Source: Acutalibacteraceae bacterium (GTDB lineage Bacteria; Bacillota; Clostridia; Oscillospirales; Acutalibacteraceae). From it: 64,000 nucleotides of DNA. The notes below the pieces were generated by a model. It saw only the letters and a list, made by a program, of their open reading frames with translations. It did no database searches and was not told the DNA's origin. The stretch spans positions 51,456 through 115,455 of the forward strand of contig JAZNRD010000033.1 in the NCBI GenBank assembly GCA_045590515.1, in the 5' to 3' direction. Shown piece after piece: positions 1 to 8,358 of this stretch. Positions within the stretch are counted from its first letter, which is position 1. Every line of letters starts with the position of its first letter. The position numbers were made by a program, and so were the translations under genes.

Positions 1-2661
1 CTTCTGACCGAAGTACATACCAAGACCGTGCTCAGCGTTATCCTCGAACAGCGAGTTAGCCCAGGCAGGACCCTGACCCTTGCTGTTGGTGGTGTACGGG
101 CAGGTAGCAGCGGGGCCGCCCCAGATGGACGAACATCCTGTTGCGTTGGAGATATACATTCTGTCGCCGTAAAGCTGAGTTACAAGACGAGCGTAAGCGG
201 TTTCAGCACAGCCAGCGCAGGAGCCCGAGAACTCAAGCAGCGGCTTCTTGTACTGCGAGCTGATAACATTAGCGTCGGAGGCAACGCCTTCCTTCTCTGT
301 TACGTTTTCTACGCAGTAATCAAATACAGCCTGCTCTGCGTTCTGAGTCTCACGCGGAACCATCTTGAGAGAGTTGGTCGGGCAAACGCCGATACAAACT
401 CCGCATCCCATACAATCCATGGGCGAAACAGCGAGAGTATACTTATATTCAGTTCTGACAACAGGCTTCGGCGCAACCTTCATATTGTCGGGTGCTGCGG
501 CAACCTCTTCGTCAGAAAGAGCAAACGGACGGATAGTAGCGTGGGGGCAGACATATGCGCACTTGTTACACTTAGCGCAGGTCTCTGCATTCCACTCGGG
601 TACCATAACAGCAACAGCGCGCTTCTCGTAAGCAGATGCGCCAAGCTCAAATGTACCGTCAGCGTGGTCCATAAATGCGGATACCGGAAGAGCATCACCC
701 TGCATCTTGGAGATGGGCTTCATGATGTTGTCAACCATCTTAACGAGCTTCTCGGGACCTTCCTCGGTAGTAGCGTCAGCGCCGTCCTTAGCGGTTGCCC
801 AGTCAGCCGGAACATCTATCTTCTGGAATGCGGTAGCACCGGCATCAATAGCCTTCCAGTTCATGTCAACAACATCGCGTCCCTTCTTAAGATAAGAACG
901 CTCTGCAGCTTCCTTCATATACTTAATAGCATCCTCAGAGGGCATTACGTTTGCAAGTGCAAAGAATGCAGACTGGAGAATGGTATTTGTACGCTTGCCC
1001 ATACCAATCTGAGCAGCAAGGTCGATAGCGTTAACAGTATAAAGCTGAATATTGTTCTCAGCAATATATCTCTTAGCGTCAGCAGGCATATGCTTATCAA
1101 GCTCTTCAGCAGTCCACTGGCAGTTGATAAGGAATACGCCGCCCGGCTTAACATCGTTAACCATCTTGTAGCCCTTGATTACATAGGACGGGTTGTGGCA
1201 AGCAACGAAGTCAGCCTTGTTGATATAGTAAGGACTCTTTATCGGCTTGTCACCAAAGCGAAGGTGCGAAATGGTGATACCGCCGGTCTTCTTGGAGTCG
1301 TACTGGAAGTATGCCTGAACATACTTGTCGGTGTGGTCACCGATAATCTTGATGGAGTTCTTGTTAGCACCAACGGTACCGTCACCGCCAAGACCCCAGA
1401 ACTTGCACTCAATTGTGCCTTCTGCTGCGGTGTTGGGCGACTCATTCTCTTCAAGAGAAAGACCGGTAACATCATCGTTAATACCAATAGTGAACTGAGC
1501 CTTAGGAGCATCCTTCTTAAGCTCATTATAAACAGCGATAACGCTTGACGGAGGAGTATCCTTAGAGCCAAGACCGTAACGGCCACCGGTGATGGTAGCA
1601 GTTCTGCCGGTTGCAGCCATAGCAGCAACAACGTCAAGATAGAGAGGCTCACCTAACGAACCGGGTTCCTTAGTTCTGTCAAGAACAGCAATCTTCTTTA
1701 CAGTAGCAGGAATAGCAGCAGCTAAACGCTCTGCAGAGAACGGACGGTAAAGGCGAACCTTTACAAGACCAACCTTCTCGCCTGCAGCGGTAAGGTAATC
1801 GATAACCTCTTCTGCAACGTCGCAGATAGAGCCCATAGCGATGATTACGCGCTCAGCGTCGGGTGCACCGTAGTAGTTGAACGGCTTATAGTCAGTACCG
1901 AGCTTTGCGTTAACCTTGTCCATATATTCCTCAACGATGTCTGCAACCTCGTCATAGTACTTGTTGCAGGCCTCACGGTGCTGGAAGAATACGTCACCGT
2001 TTTCGTGAGAACCGCGCATTACGGGACGGTCAGGGTTGAGTGCGCGCTTACGGAATGCAGCAACAGCATCCATATCGCACATTTCCTTTAAGTCCTCATA
2101 ATCCCAAATCTGAATCTTCTGGATTTCGTGAGAAGTACGGAAACCGTCAAAGAAGTTGATGAACGGTACACGGCTCTTGATTGTTGCAAGGTGAGCAACA
2201 GCGCCGAGGTCCATAACCTCCTGTGTGTTGGTTTCAGCGAGCATTGCAAAACCTGTCTGACGGCAGGCGTATACGTCGGAGTGGTCGCCAAAAATGTTAA
2301 GAGCGTGGCTTGCTACGCAGCGTGCAGATACGTGGAATACGCAGGGAAGCAGCTCACCAGCTATTTTGTACATGTTAGGAATCATAAGCAGAAGACCCTG
2401 AGAAGCCGTATAGGTTGTGGTCAGAGCACCTGCATTAAGGGAGCCGTGAACGGTACCTGCTGCACCTGCTTCAGACTCCATCTCGACAACGTTTACACGA
2501 GTGCCGAAAATGTTCTTCTGTCCCTGAGCTGACCACTGGTCTACATAGTCAGCCATCGGGCTGGACGGAGTGATGGGGTAGCTACCCGCAACCTCAGTAA
2601 ACGCATAAGACACGTATGCCGCAGCGTTATTACCGTCCATGGTTTTAAACTTTCTTGCCAT
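1..2661 (-). CDS. nifJ: pyruvate:ferredoxin (flavodoxin) oxidoreductase, N-terminal ~887 aa; the 3' end lies beyond the window start
   Basis: Absent from the ORF track because it runs off the edge. My translation of the minus strand from ATG 2659-2661 reads MARKFKTMDGNNAAAYVSYAFTEVAGSYPITPSSPMADYVDQW. Two 4Fe-4S motifs follow: CAKCNKCAYVCPH (~541-580) and CMGCGVCIGVCP (~380-418). AAGGAGG RBS at 2671-2677 (rc). The plus-strand ORF 28..1548 is its antisense shadow. Confidence 0.93.
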   Translation of the reverse strand, partial: MARKFKTMDGNNAAAYVSYAFTEVAGSYPITPSSPMADYVDQWSAQGQKNIFGTRVNVVEMESEAGAAGTVHGSLNAGALTTTYTASQGLLLMIPNMYKIAGELLPCVFHVSARCVASHALNIFGDHSDVYACRQTGFAMLAETNTQEVMDLGAVAHLATIKSRVPFINFFDGFRTSHEIQKIQIWDYEDLKEMCDMDAVAAFRKRALNPDRPVMRGSHENGDVFFQHREACNKYYDEVADIVEEYMDKVNAKLGTDYKPFNYYGAPDAERVIIAMGSICDVAEEVIDYLTAAGEKVGLVKVRLYRPFSAERLAAAIPATVKKIAVLDRTKEPGSLGEPLYLDVVAAMAATGRTATITGGRYGLGSKDTPPSSVIAVYNELKKDAPKAQFTIGINDDVTGLSLEENESPNTAAEGTIECKFWGLGGDGTVGANKNSIKIIGDHTDKYVQAYFQYDSKKTGGITISHLRFGDKPIKSPYYINKADFVACHNPSYVIKGYKMVNDVKPGGVFLINCQWTAEELDKHMPADAKRYIAENNIQLYTVNAIDLAAQIGMGKRTNTILQSAFFALANVMPSEDAIKYMKEAAERSYLKKGRDVVDMNWKAIDAGATAFQKIDVPADWATAKDGADATTEEGPEKLVKMVDNIMKPISKMQGDALPVSAFMDHADGTFELGASAYEKRAVAVMVPEWNAETCAKCNKCAYVCPHATIRPFALSDEEVAAAPDNMKVAPKPVVRTEYKYTLAVSPMDCMGCGVCIGVCPTNSLKMVPRETQNAEQAVFDYCVENVTEKEGVASDANVISSQYKKPLLEFSGSCAGCAETAYARLVTQLYGDRMYISNATGCSSIWGGPAATCPYTTNSKGQGPAWANSLFEDNAEHGLGMYFGQK

Positions 2662-2687
2662 TGGATTTTTCCTCCTTAATTTTTACA

Positions 2688-2705
2688 TTGTTATAGAAAT
2701 AACAA
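2688..2705. promoter_or_regulatory. Rex-like operator candidate, TTGTTATAGAAATAACAA
   Basis: Perfect 7+4+7 palindrome 27 nt upstream of the PFOR start codon. It has one symmetric mismatch per half-site relative to the clostridial Rex consensus TTGTTAANNNNTTAACAA, recalled from memory. Confidence 0.4.
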
Positions 2706-2943
2706 TATGCATTTCATACATTATATATAATAACACCTTTTTCGCCGAATGTAAATAGGAAAATAAAGTTTTTGTTAATTTTTTGTCATTTTTCGGATTT
2801 TCGTCGTTTTAGACCGATTTTGCAGCAAAACAATTCACAATTCCGTGTAAATCAGCCCCTTGTTCTCGTATTTTTGCGTTATCTCACCCAATGTCTTCCA
2901 AATAAGTGTTGACTTTTGCATAACATTTATTATATGATATGAG

Positions 2944-4344
2944 GTGATGTCTGATGACAAATATATTTATGAAACGGAGTTTTTTTATTTTATGGACGGG
3001 TGGCCCGCCGATTTAATTTTTGAATTGGTATTACTTTTATTTCTTATTTTAGTTAACGCGTTTTTCGCAATGAGTGAGATTGCCATTATCTCGCTAAACG
3101 ACACAAAGCTTAAGAAAATGGCTGAAGACGGACACACAGGTGCTAAAAAGATTTTAAAGCTTATTGAAAGTCCGTCGGCATTTCTGTCCACCATACAAAT
3201 TGGCGTTACGCTCGCAGGCTTTTTGACGAGTGCTTCCGCCGCTGACAACTTTTCAGAGCCGCTGGCAAAATGGGCTGTTGACACCTTTAATATGCCTCAG
3301 GGCGCGCTTGGCGCTATGGAAAATGTTTCCCTCGTAATTGTGACAATAATTATGTCCTACTTCTCACTCGTTTTGGGTGAGCTTGCTCCCAAGCGTATAG
3401 CAATGCAGAAGGGCGAAGCAATTGCATTTAAGGTTGTCGGTTTCCTGCTTTTCATAAAGAAGGCAATGATTCCCTTTATCAAGATTCTGTCGGTATCGAC
3501 CAACGCGGTTGTAAGACTTCTCGGATTTGACCCCAACGCAAGCGAGGAGACCGTAACAGAGGAAGAAATTCTGATGTTAGTTGATGCGGGCGAGGAAAAG
3601 GGCGTTATTGAAGAAAGCCAGAAGGAAATGATTAACAATATTTTTGAGTTTGACGATATTGTTGCCGCTGATGTTATGACGCACCGCACCGACATTGTTG
3701 CGGTTGAAACCAGCGATAATTTCTCTGATGTGCTTGAAAAGACGCTTGAAGCAGGATACTCCCGTATCCCAGTTTACGAAGAGGACCTTGACGACATAAA
3801 GGGTATTATATATGTAAAGGACCTTTTACAGTTTGTCGGCAAAAAAATTCCTTCCACTATAAAAATTGCTGACCTCATGCGCGAAGCTATCTTTGTTCCC
3901 GAATCTAAGCGCTGTGGTGACCTGTTTAACGAAATGACCGAAAAGCATCTGCAGATGGTATTTGTCTGTGACGAATACGGCGGTATTTCGGGTATTGTTA
4001 CGATTGAAGACCTGCTTGAGTCGATAGTAGGCAATATGCAGGACGAATACGATAACGAGGAAGAGGAAATTGAACAGCTAAATGATACTACCTTCGATAT
4101 CGACGGTACTACCGATATTGAAGAGCTTGAAGAGCTGCTCGGAATAACCTTCCCCGAGGGTGAATATGACACCATAGGCGGATTTATAATGTCTGAGCTT
4201 GGACGAATTCCTGCCGAGGATGAGCATCCCGAAATTGAATTTGAAAACTGCCGCTTCCGCGTTGACGAGGTTGACGAGCGCAGAATTGAACGCATAACGG
4301 TTGAAAAGCTTCCGCACGACGAGGAGCAAGAAACAGAAGAATAA
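2944..4344 (+). CDS. HlyC/CorC (CNNM/TlyC) family transporter: DUF21 membrane domain + CBS pair + CorC_HlyC C-terminal domain
   Basis: 466-aa ORF. N-terminal TM region (LVLLLFLILVNAFFAMSEIAIISL), central CBS-like region and an acidic CorC-type C-terminus. The exact start is uncertain (GTG 2944, ATG 2947 or ATG 2992). Confidence 0.85.
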   Translation: MMSDDKYIYETEFFYFMDGWPADLIFELVLLLFLILVNAFFAMSEIAIISLNDTKLKKMAEDGHTGAKKILKLIESPSAFLSTIQIGVTLAGFLTSASAADNFSEPLAKWAVDTFNMPQGALGAMENVSLVIVTIIMSYFSLVLGELAPKRIAMQKGEAIAFKVVGFLLFIKKAMIPFIKILSVSTNAVVRLLGFDPNASEETVTEEEILMLVDAGEEKGVIEESQKEMINNIFEFDDIVAADVMTHRTDIVAVETSDNFSDVLEKTLEAGYSRIPVYEEDLDDIKGIIYVKDLLQFVGKKIPSTIKIADLMREAIFVPESKRCGDLFNEMTEKHLQMVFVCDEYGGISGIVTIEDLLESIVGNMQDEYDNEEEEIEQLNDTTFDIDGTTDIEELEELLGITFPEGEYDTIGGFIMSELGRIPAEDEHPEIEFENCRFRVDEVDERRIERITVEKLPHDEEQETEE

Positions 4345-4349
4345 TAATT

Positions 4350-4379
4350 AAAAGCCTTGGAAAGTTCCAAGGCTTTTTT
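4350..4379. terminator. bidirectional rho-independent terminator between convergent genes
   Basis: GCCTTGGA (4354-4361) pairs with TCCAAGGC (4366-4373). Flanked by an A-run on the left and a T-run on the right. Confidence 0.8.
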
Positions 4380-4380
4380 G

Positions 4381-5160
4381 TTATTCTACAATACACTCAC
4401 CGATGTTTTTGAGAACATAGGTCGGCTTTGCTTCACTTTTTGCAAGGTCTTCAAGCGTTCCCTCGCCCGAAAGCACAAACGCAGTATCAATACCTGCGTT
4501 ACAGCCGCAGGCAATATCGGTATACAAGCGGTCACCTATGAACATTGCGTCGGCAGTGGTCAGTCCGCGCTGCTTAAGCGCTAATTCTATCATTGCGGGC
4601 TGGGGCTTTCCGATTACAATCGGACGGCGACCCGTCGCCATATAAAGCATCTCGGTCACCGCGCCGCAATCGGGCACCGAGCCGTATGCGGTAGGACAAA
4701 CATAGTCGGGGTGAGTTGCGATGTAATCTATCCCCGTTACGAGCAGCTTGCAGGCATCTTCAAGCTTTTTAAAGGTAAGCTCGGTATCAAAGCCCATTAC
4801 AAGCGCGTCTATCCCCTCTTCTATATCAGTAACGCAGTTTATGCCGTTTGCGCGAAGCTCGCTCACGAATGATTCCGTGCCAAAAGCGTAAAGCTTTTTT
4901 CCCTCATACTCTCTATGCAGAAAATCTACGGTTGCGTGGGTAGAGGTTAAAAAATCCTCTTCCTTTATAAAATCGAGTCCCATTCCGTGCAAACGCTTTA
5001 CATACTTCTGTGCGCTCGAGGAGGAGTTATTTGTAAGGAACATAAAATCAGCGCCGATGCTCTTTACAAAGTCTAAAAACGGCGGTGTTTCGGGGAAAAG
5101 ATTGTTTCCGAGATAAATTGTGCCGTCCATATCAAGCAGGTATAGTTTATATTTTTTCAA
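4381..5160 (-). CDS. HAD-IIA family sugar-phosphate phosphatase (NagD-like)
   Basis: 259 aa. HAD motif I LLDMDGTIY near the N-terminus, C-terminal GDRLYTDI motif. Confidence 0.85.
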   Translation of the reverse strand: MKKYKLYLLDMDGTIYLGNNLFPETPPFLDFVKSIGADFMFLTNNSSSSAQKYVKRLHGMGLDFIKEEDFLTSTHATVDFLHREYEGKKLYAFGTESFVSELRANGINCVTDIEEGIDALVMGFDTELTFKKLEDACKLLVTGIDYIATHPDYVCPTAYGSVPDCGAVTEMLYMATGRRPIVIGKPQPAMIELALKQRGLTTADAMFIGDRLYTDIACGCNAGIDTAFVLSGEGTLEDLAKSEAKPTYVLKNIGECIVE

Positions 5161-5310
5161 AAGGTAGTCACCTCAGCATAATATTTTATCTCATTTTCTC
5201 CGCAAACAGTATAAAACAAAATAAGCATATTGTCAATGTGCGAAAAGTTTTCGCAAAATCCTTGACATTATGTTAAAATAGAGTTATTCTTTAATAAAGG
5301 AGATGATGTA

Positions 5311-5790
5311 ATGACCGTTACAGAGCTTGCAAAACTTACGGGTTATTCTATTTCAACCGTTTCAAAAGCGCTTTCAGATAGCAATGAAATAAGCAGTGAA
5401 GCCAAGGAAAAAATTCTCTCCCGCGCAAAAGAAACGGGATATTACGATAAAGCAGTGCGCCGCAAAAAGCGCATAGGTATGCCGCAGACCGTTGGAATCG
5501 TAACAAGCGATTTAAGGGATTCTGCCGTTTACCGTGTTTCACGCGCGCTTAAAGAGCGCGGCCTCTCCCCCGTCGCTTGTGACGCGGAGGATGCGCTGTT
5601 TGTTCTCTGCTCGGCACTCGGCGTTGATGCTGTTGTTTTCACCGATGGCAAAGCATCGGACTGCTCTCTCCCATTCGTAGTATACCGAGGCAGTGCGGAT
5701 AATGCGGCCGAGGAAATCGTATCACTTCTAAACGGAAACTCACCCACCGAAACCGACACCAAAAAGAAGGAAGATATATGGCTATTTTAG
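5311..5790 (+). CDS. LacI-family HTH protein, truncated (159 aa, only part of the effector domain)
   Basis: N-terminus MTVTELAKLTGYSISTVSKALSDSNEISSEAKEKILSRAKETGY is a LacI/GalR-type HTH. Full-length family members are about twice this size. Its 3' end overlaps aroK by 13 nt. Confidence 0.65.
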   Translation: MTVTELAKLTGYSISTVSKALSDSNEISSEAKEKILSRAKETGYYDKAVRRKKRIGMPQTVGIVTSDLRDSAVYRVSRALKERGLSPVACDAEDALFVLCSALGVDAVVFTDGKASDCSLPFVVYRGSADNAAEEIVSLLNGNSPTETDTKKKEDIWLF

Positions 5791-6290
5791 CGGATAATGT
5801 TATTTTAATTGGTATGCCCGGAAGCGGCAAAAGCACCGTCGGTGTTTTGCTTGCAAAAATCCTTGGTTACAGCTTTGTTGACTCGGATATTATTATTCAG
5901 CAGACAGAGGGGCGAAAACTTTTCGAAATAATTAACGAAAAGGGAACTGAATACTTTGCGGAGCTCGAAAACCGTGTAAACGCCGGACTTTCGCTCCACA
6001 AAACCGTTATTGCAACGGGCGGCAGCGTCGTATACGGGCGCGAGGCTATGGAGCATTTAAAAAGTATTGGCACCGTAGTTTATATTGACGTTCCGCTTTC
6101 AGAGCTTTTAAACAGAATAACAAACCTTAATACACGCGGAATTGTTTTCAAAGACGGCGAAAACTTTTCGGACTTGTACCGTGAGCGCATACCTCTTTAT
6201 GAAAAATATGCCGATATTACGGTCACCTGTGGGCACGAGTCACAGAATGAAAACGCTCAAAAAATTGCTGACTTGCTTGAAAGCAAATAA
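5778..6290 (+). CDS. aroK: shikimate kinase
   Basis: 170 aa with Walker A GMPGSGKST followed by VGVLLAKILGYSFVDSD. Size and layout are typical of AroK. Confidence 0.9.
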   Translation: MAILADNVILIGMPGSGKSTVGVLLAKILGYSFVDSDIIIQQTEGRKLFEIINEKGTEYFAELENRVNAGLSLHKTVIATGGSVVYGREAMEHLKSIGTVVYIDVPLSELLNRITNLNTRGIVFKDGENFSDLYRERIPLYEKYADITVTCGHESQNENAQKIADLLESK

Positions 6291-6318
6291 AAAAGGCTTA
6301 CCAAACGGTAAGCCTTTT
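6289..6318. terminator. bidirectional terminator
   Basis: AAAAAGGCTTACC-AAAC-GGTAAGCCTTTT hairpin between convergent genes. Confidence 0.8.
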
Positions 6319-6322
6319 AATT

Positions 6323-7282
6323 TTATTCTGCCCTTAAATTATCGTAAAGCGCAGAGTCGGTCCAATCCTTTACAATCATATTTGTGCCAAGATTTTCGTG
6401 AATCTTGCGCTGTGCTTCGGCGTTATCGTCAAGTCGGCTGATGCAGAGAGCGCCAAGCTCAACACCTGCAAAAATCTCGCTTCTGCCGTCGCCTACTACC
6501 AGAATATTTTCAGCCTTGAGACCAAGCTGCTTTATAAGGTTTTCCATGACGACATTTTTGGGAATTTTCTCTGTCCAGGTAGAGCCATAGATGTCTTCCA
6601 TCATTTCTCTTTCGCCAAAACGGTAGCCGAGGGTTTCAACCTCCTCGTACATACCCATTCCCTTTTCAACAACAGCGCCTGTAACGAAATAGTTCTTAAC
6701 GCCGTTGTCTTTTAAGAATTTCATCCATTCGAAAGAGCCCTTTACTCTAAAGCGCTCGGGGTCTTGCTTTGCAATCTCTAAATTCTTGTCGCGGCAGTAG
6801 CCGTTAAGTACCTTTTCGTAGCAACGGAAAAGTCGCGGTGAATGCTCTGAGAGAAACGCCTCTATCTCGGGCTCGTCCGCGAGGTCTTCAAAAATTTCCT
6901 CGCCCTTCCAGATTCTGCGAATTTTTTCGCTGTTTACGGTCTTGTCGCAATCAAACTCAACCGTTCCCTCTTCAATCGCACGGCGAATGGACCATTCCAT
7001 CTGTGTGAGCGCGGAAAGTCCTGCTGACTCGATGCAGAAACGGTCGGTTTCGGGCAGAGGCTTCTGACCTGCAAGCTCGATAAGGCGCTTTACATTTTCG
7101 TCGCTGTCATAATCCTCGGGAAGACCGTTTACAATAACATCGTAAAGGACAATGCTCATAACCGGTGGCCATTCACGGATGAGCGAATGTGTACCGTCAA
7201 TATCGTGAAACGCGTGGGTAATTACTCGCTTTTCAAATTCCTTTTTAACAATGCTTTTATTGTTACTCTCGGCAATAATCAT
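6323..7282 (-). CDS. HAD-superfamily hydrolase with a large cap insertion, specificity unknown
   Basis: 319 aa. Motif I HDIDGTHS near the N-terminus and VVGDGRSE (motif IV-like) near the C-terminus. Confidence 0.6.
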   Translation of the reverse strand: MIIAESNNKSIVKKEFEKRVITHAFHDIDGTHSLIREWPPVMSIVLYDVIVNGLPEDYDSDENVKRLIELAGQKPLPETDRFCIESAGLSALTQMEWSIRRAIEEGTVEFDCDKTVNSEKIRRIWKGEEIFEDLADEPEIEAFLSEHSPRLFRCYEKVLNGYCRDKNLEIAKQDPERFRVKGSFEWMKFLKDNGVKNYFVTGAVVEKGMGMYEEVETLGYRFGEREMMEDIYGSTWTEKIPKNVVMENLIKQLGLKAENILVVGDGRSEIFAGVELGALCISRLDDNAEAQRKIHENLGTNMIVKDWTDSALYDNLRAE

Positions 7283-7462
7283 AAAAACCCCTCTTTTCTT
7301 CTTTCCACAACATTCTACAATATTGTCATAAAAAAAGCAATACCGCTTTTCGCAGTAAAATATAGACTTTTTCCTTTTTTATAAATTTTTACCGCTCATT
7401 TATGATTTGTTTACAAATTGGTGTTATAATATGCGTACACAAACAATCCAAAGGGTGATTTT

Positions 7463-7885
7463 ATGTATTACGGCGGACCGTATAGACCGTCCTTTCGCGA
7501 AAGACTTATGCGCTTTTTTGCCGGGCGCAACGGCTTTGACAGACTTTGCTCCGCGCTCTCGGTTTTATATTTTGTTTTGGCTATTATAAATTTGTTTGCT
7601 CGCTCGTGGGTTATAATTCTATTTGAATATGCAGTGCTGGGCGTTATTCTGTTTCGCACGCTCTCGCGCAACACTTATGCCAGACAGCGCGAAAATCTAA
7701 AGTATTACGAGCTTGAAAACAAAGTGCGCGGCTTTTTTGTTAGCAAAACCACACGTCTTCGCGACCGCGAGCACGTTTATAGGCGCTGCCCGTCTTGCAA
7801 AAGCACCCTCCGTCTTCCAAGGCGCAAAGGAAGACACACGGTAAAATGTCCGCGCTGCAGCCATCAGTTTAAAACGCGGGTATAG
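7463..7885 (+). CDS. small membrane protein with a C-terminal zinc ribbon
   Basis: 140 aa. Two hydrophobic helices, then CPSCKSTLRLP...VKCPRCSHQF (CxxC...CxxC). Confidence 0.7.
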   Translation: MYYGGPYRPSFRERLMRFFAGRNGFDRLCSALSVLYFVLAIINLFARSWVIILFEYAVLGVILFRTLSRNTYARQRENLKYYELENKVRGFFVSKTTRLRDREHVYRRCPSCKSTLRLPRRKGRHTVKCPRCSHQFKTRV

Positions 7886-7926
7886 AAAAAGAACGCTTAG
7901 GGTAGAGCAAATAAGCCGAACCCCAC

Positions 7927-7951
7927 AGGACGACCATCGGTCGTCCTTTTT
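7927..7951 (+). terminator. rho-independent terminator of the 7463..7885 gene
   Basis: AGGACGACC-ATC-GGTCGTCCT followed by TTTTT. Confidence 0.8.
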
Positions 7952-7958
7952 ACTTTTT

Positions 7959-7987
7959 CGGGTCGTCGTGGGCGCCGACCCCTACGG
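7959..7987 (-). repeat. REP-like element 1: GTAG head plus GC-rich palindrome
   Basis: The minus strand reads GTAGGGGTCGGCGCCCACGACGACCCG. GTAG is followed by a GGGTCG/CGACCC stem. Confidence 0.55.
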
Positions 7988-8022
7988 TGTTTGTAAATTT
8001 TTTGTGCATTGCCTTCCCCTTT

Positions 8023-8051
8023 CGGGAGGGCACAGAGACCCTCCCCTACGG
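8023..8051 (-). repeat. REP-like element 2: GTAG head plus GC-rich palindrome
   Basis: The minus strand reads GTAGGGGAGGGTCTCTGTGCCCTCCCG, with a GGGAGGG/CCCTCCC stem. It matches 59764-59790 at 26/27 and 59930-59957 at 26/28. Confidence 0.6.
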
Positions 8052-8076
8052 TTATAAAAATATAATCCCACCGCGC

Positions 8077-8108
8077 AAGGAACGACCTGTGTGCCGTTCC
8101 TTTTTTAT
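8077..8108 (+). terminator. second terminator-like hairpin closing the REP-like cluster
   Basis: AAGGAACG-10 nt loop-CGTTCCTT followed by a T-run. Confidence 0.55.
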
Positions 8109-8267
8109 TTGGAAAAAAATAATGGATTGTTGGCTTATTTTTAGGTGTATACAATATTTAGAAAATAACTAATTTTTTACTTTTGTCACTTCGCTTGTAG
8201 TGTTTACTTAAAATAGTGCATTTTATACAAATTTTCAGAATTTTACTGTTTATTCGGTACTGTTTTG

Positions 8268-8296
8268 TTGACATTTACTATAAAAAGCTTTATATT
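8268..8296 (+). promoter_or_regulatory. sigma-A type promoter, TTGACA-17-TATATT
   Basis: TTGACA at 8268-8273, a 17-nt spacer, TATATT at 8291-8296. It lies about 60 nt upstream of the large secreted-protein gene. Confidence 0.65.
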
Positions 8297-8358
8297 ATAT
8301 ATGTATTAGTTTTTGTATTTTTACTAAACATACAAAATATTTTTAAGGAGTGTTTTTT

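Noticed and set aside
28-1548. 506-aa plus-strand ORF, the longest ORF listed at the left end of the window
   Set aside because: Its translation is low-complexity (rich in L, S, V, N and C) with no motifs. The opposite strand encodes an unmistakable PFOR with ferredoxin Cys clusters, a good RBS and a good start. This ORF is the antisense shadow of that gene.
3774-4370. 198-aa Ser-rich minus-strand ORF
   Set aside because: It is antisense to the acidic C-terminus of the CorC-family gene. GAA/GAG-rich sense codons read as Ser/Phe-rich antisense, so this is a compositional artefact.
7897-8154. 85-aa minus-strand ORF (…VGEGLCALPKGEG…RRGRRPRRPEK…)
   Set aside because: It spans two terminator hairpins and both GC-rich palindromes. 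Its Gly/Arg/Pro-rich stretches are simply hairpin DNA read as codons, and it has no RBS. It is treated as REP-like non-coding DNA. The weak resemblance of WDYIFITVGEGLCALP to the transposase N-terminus is noted as an alternative explanation (a decayed gene fragment).
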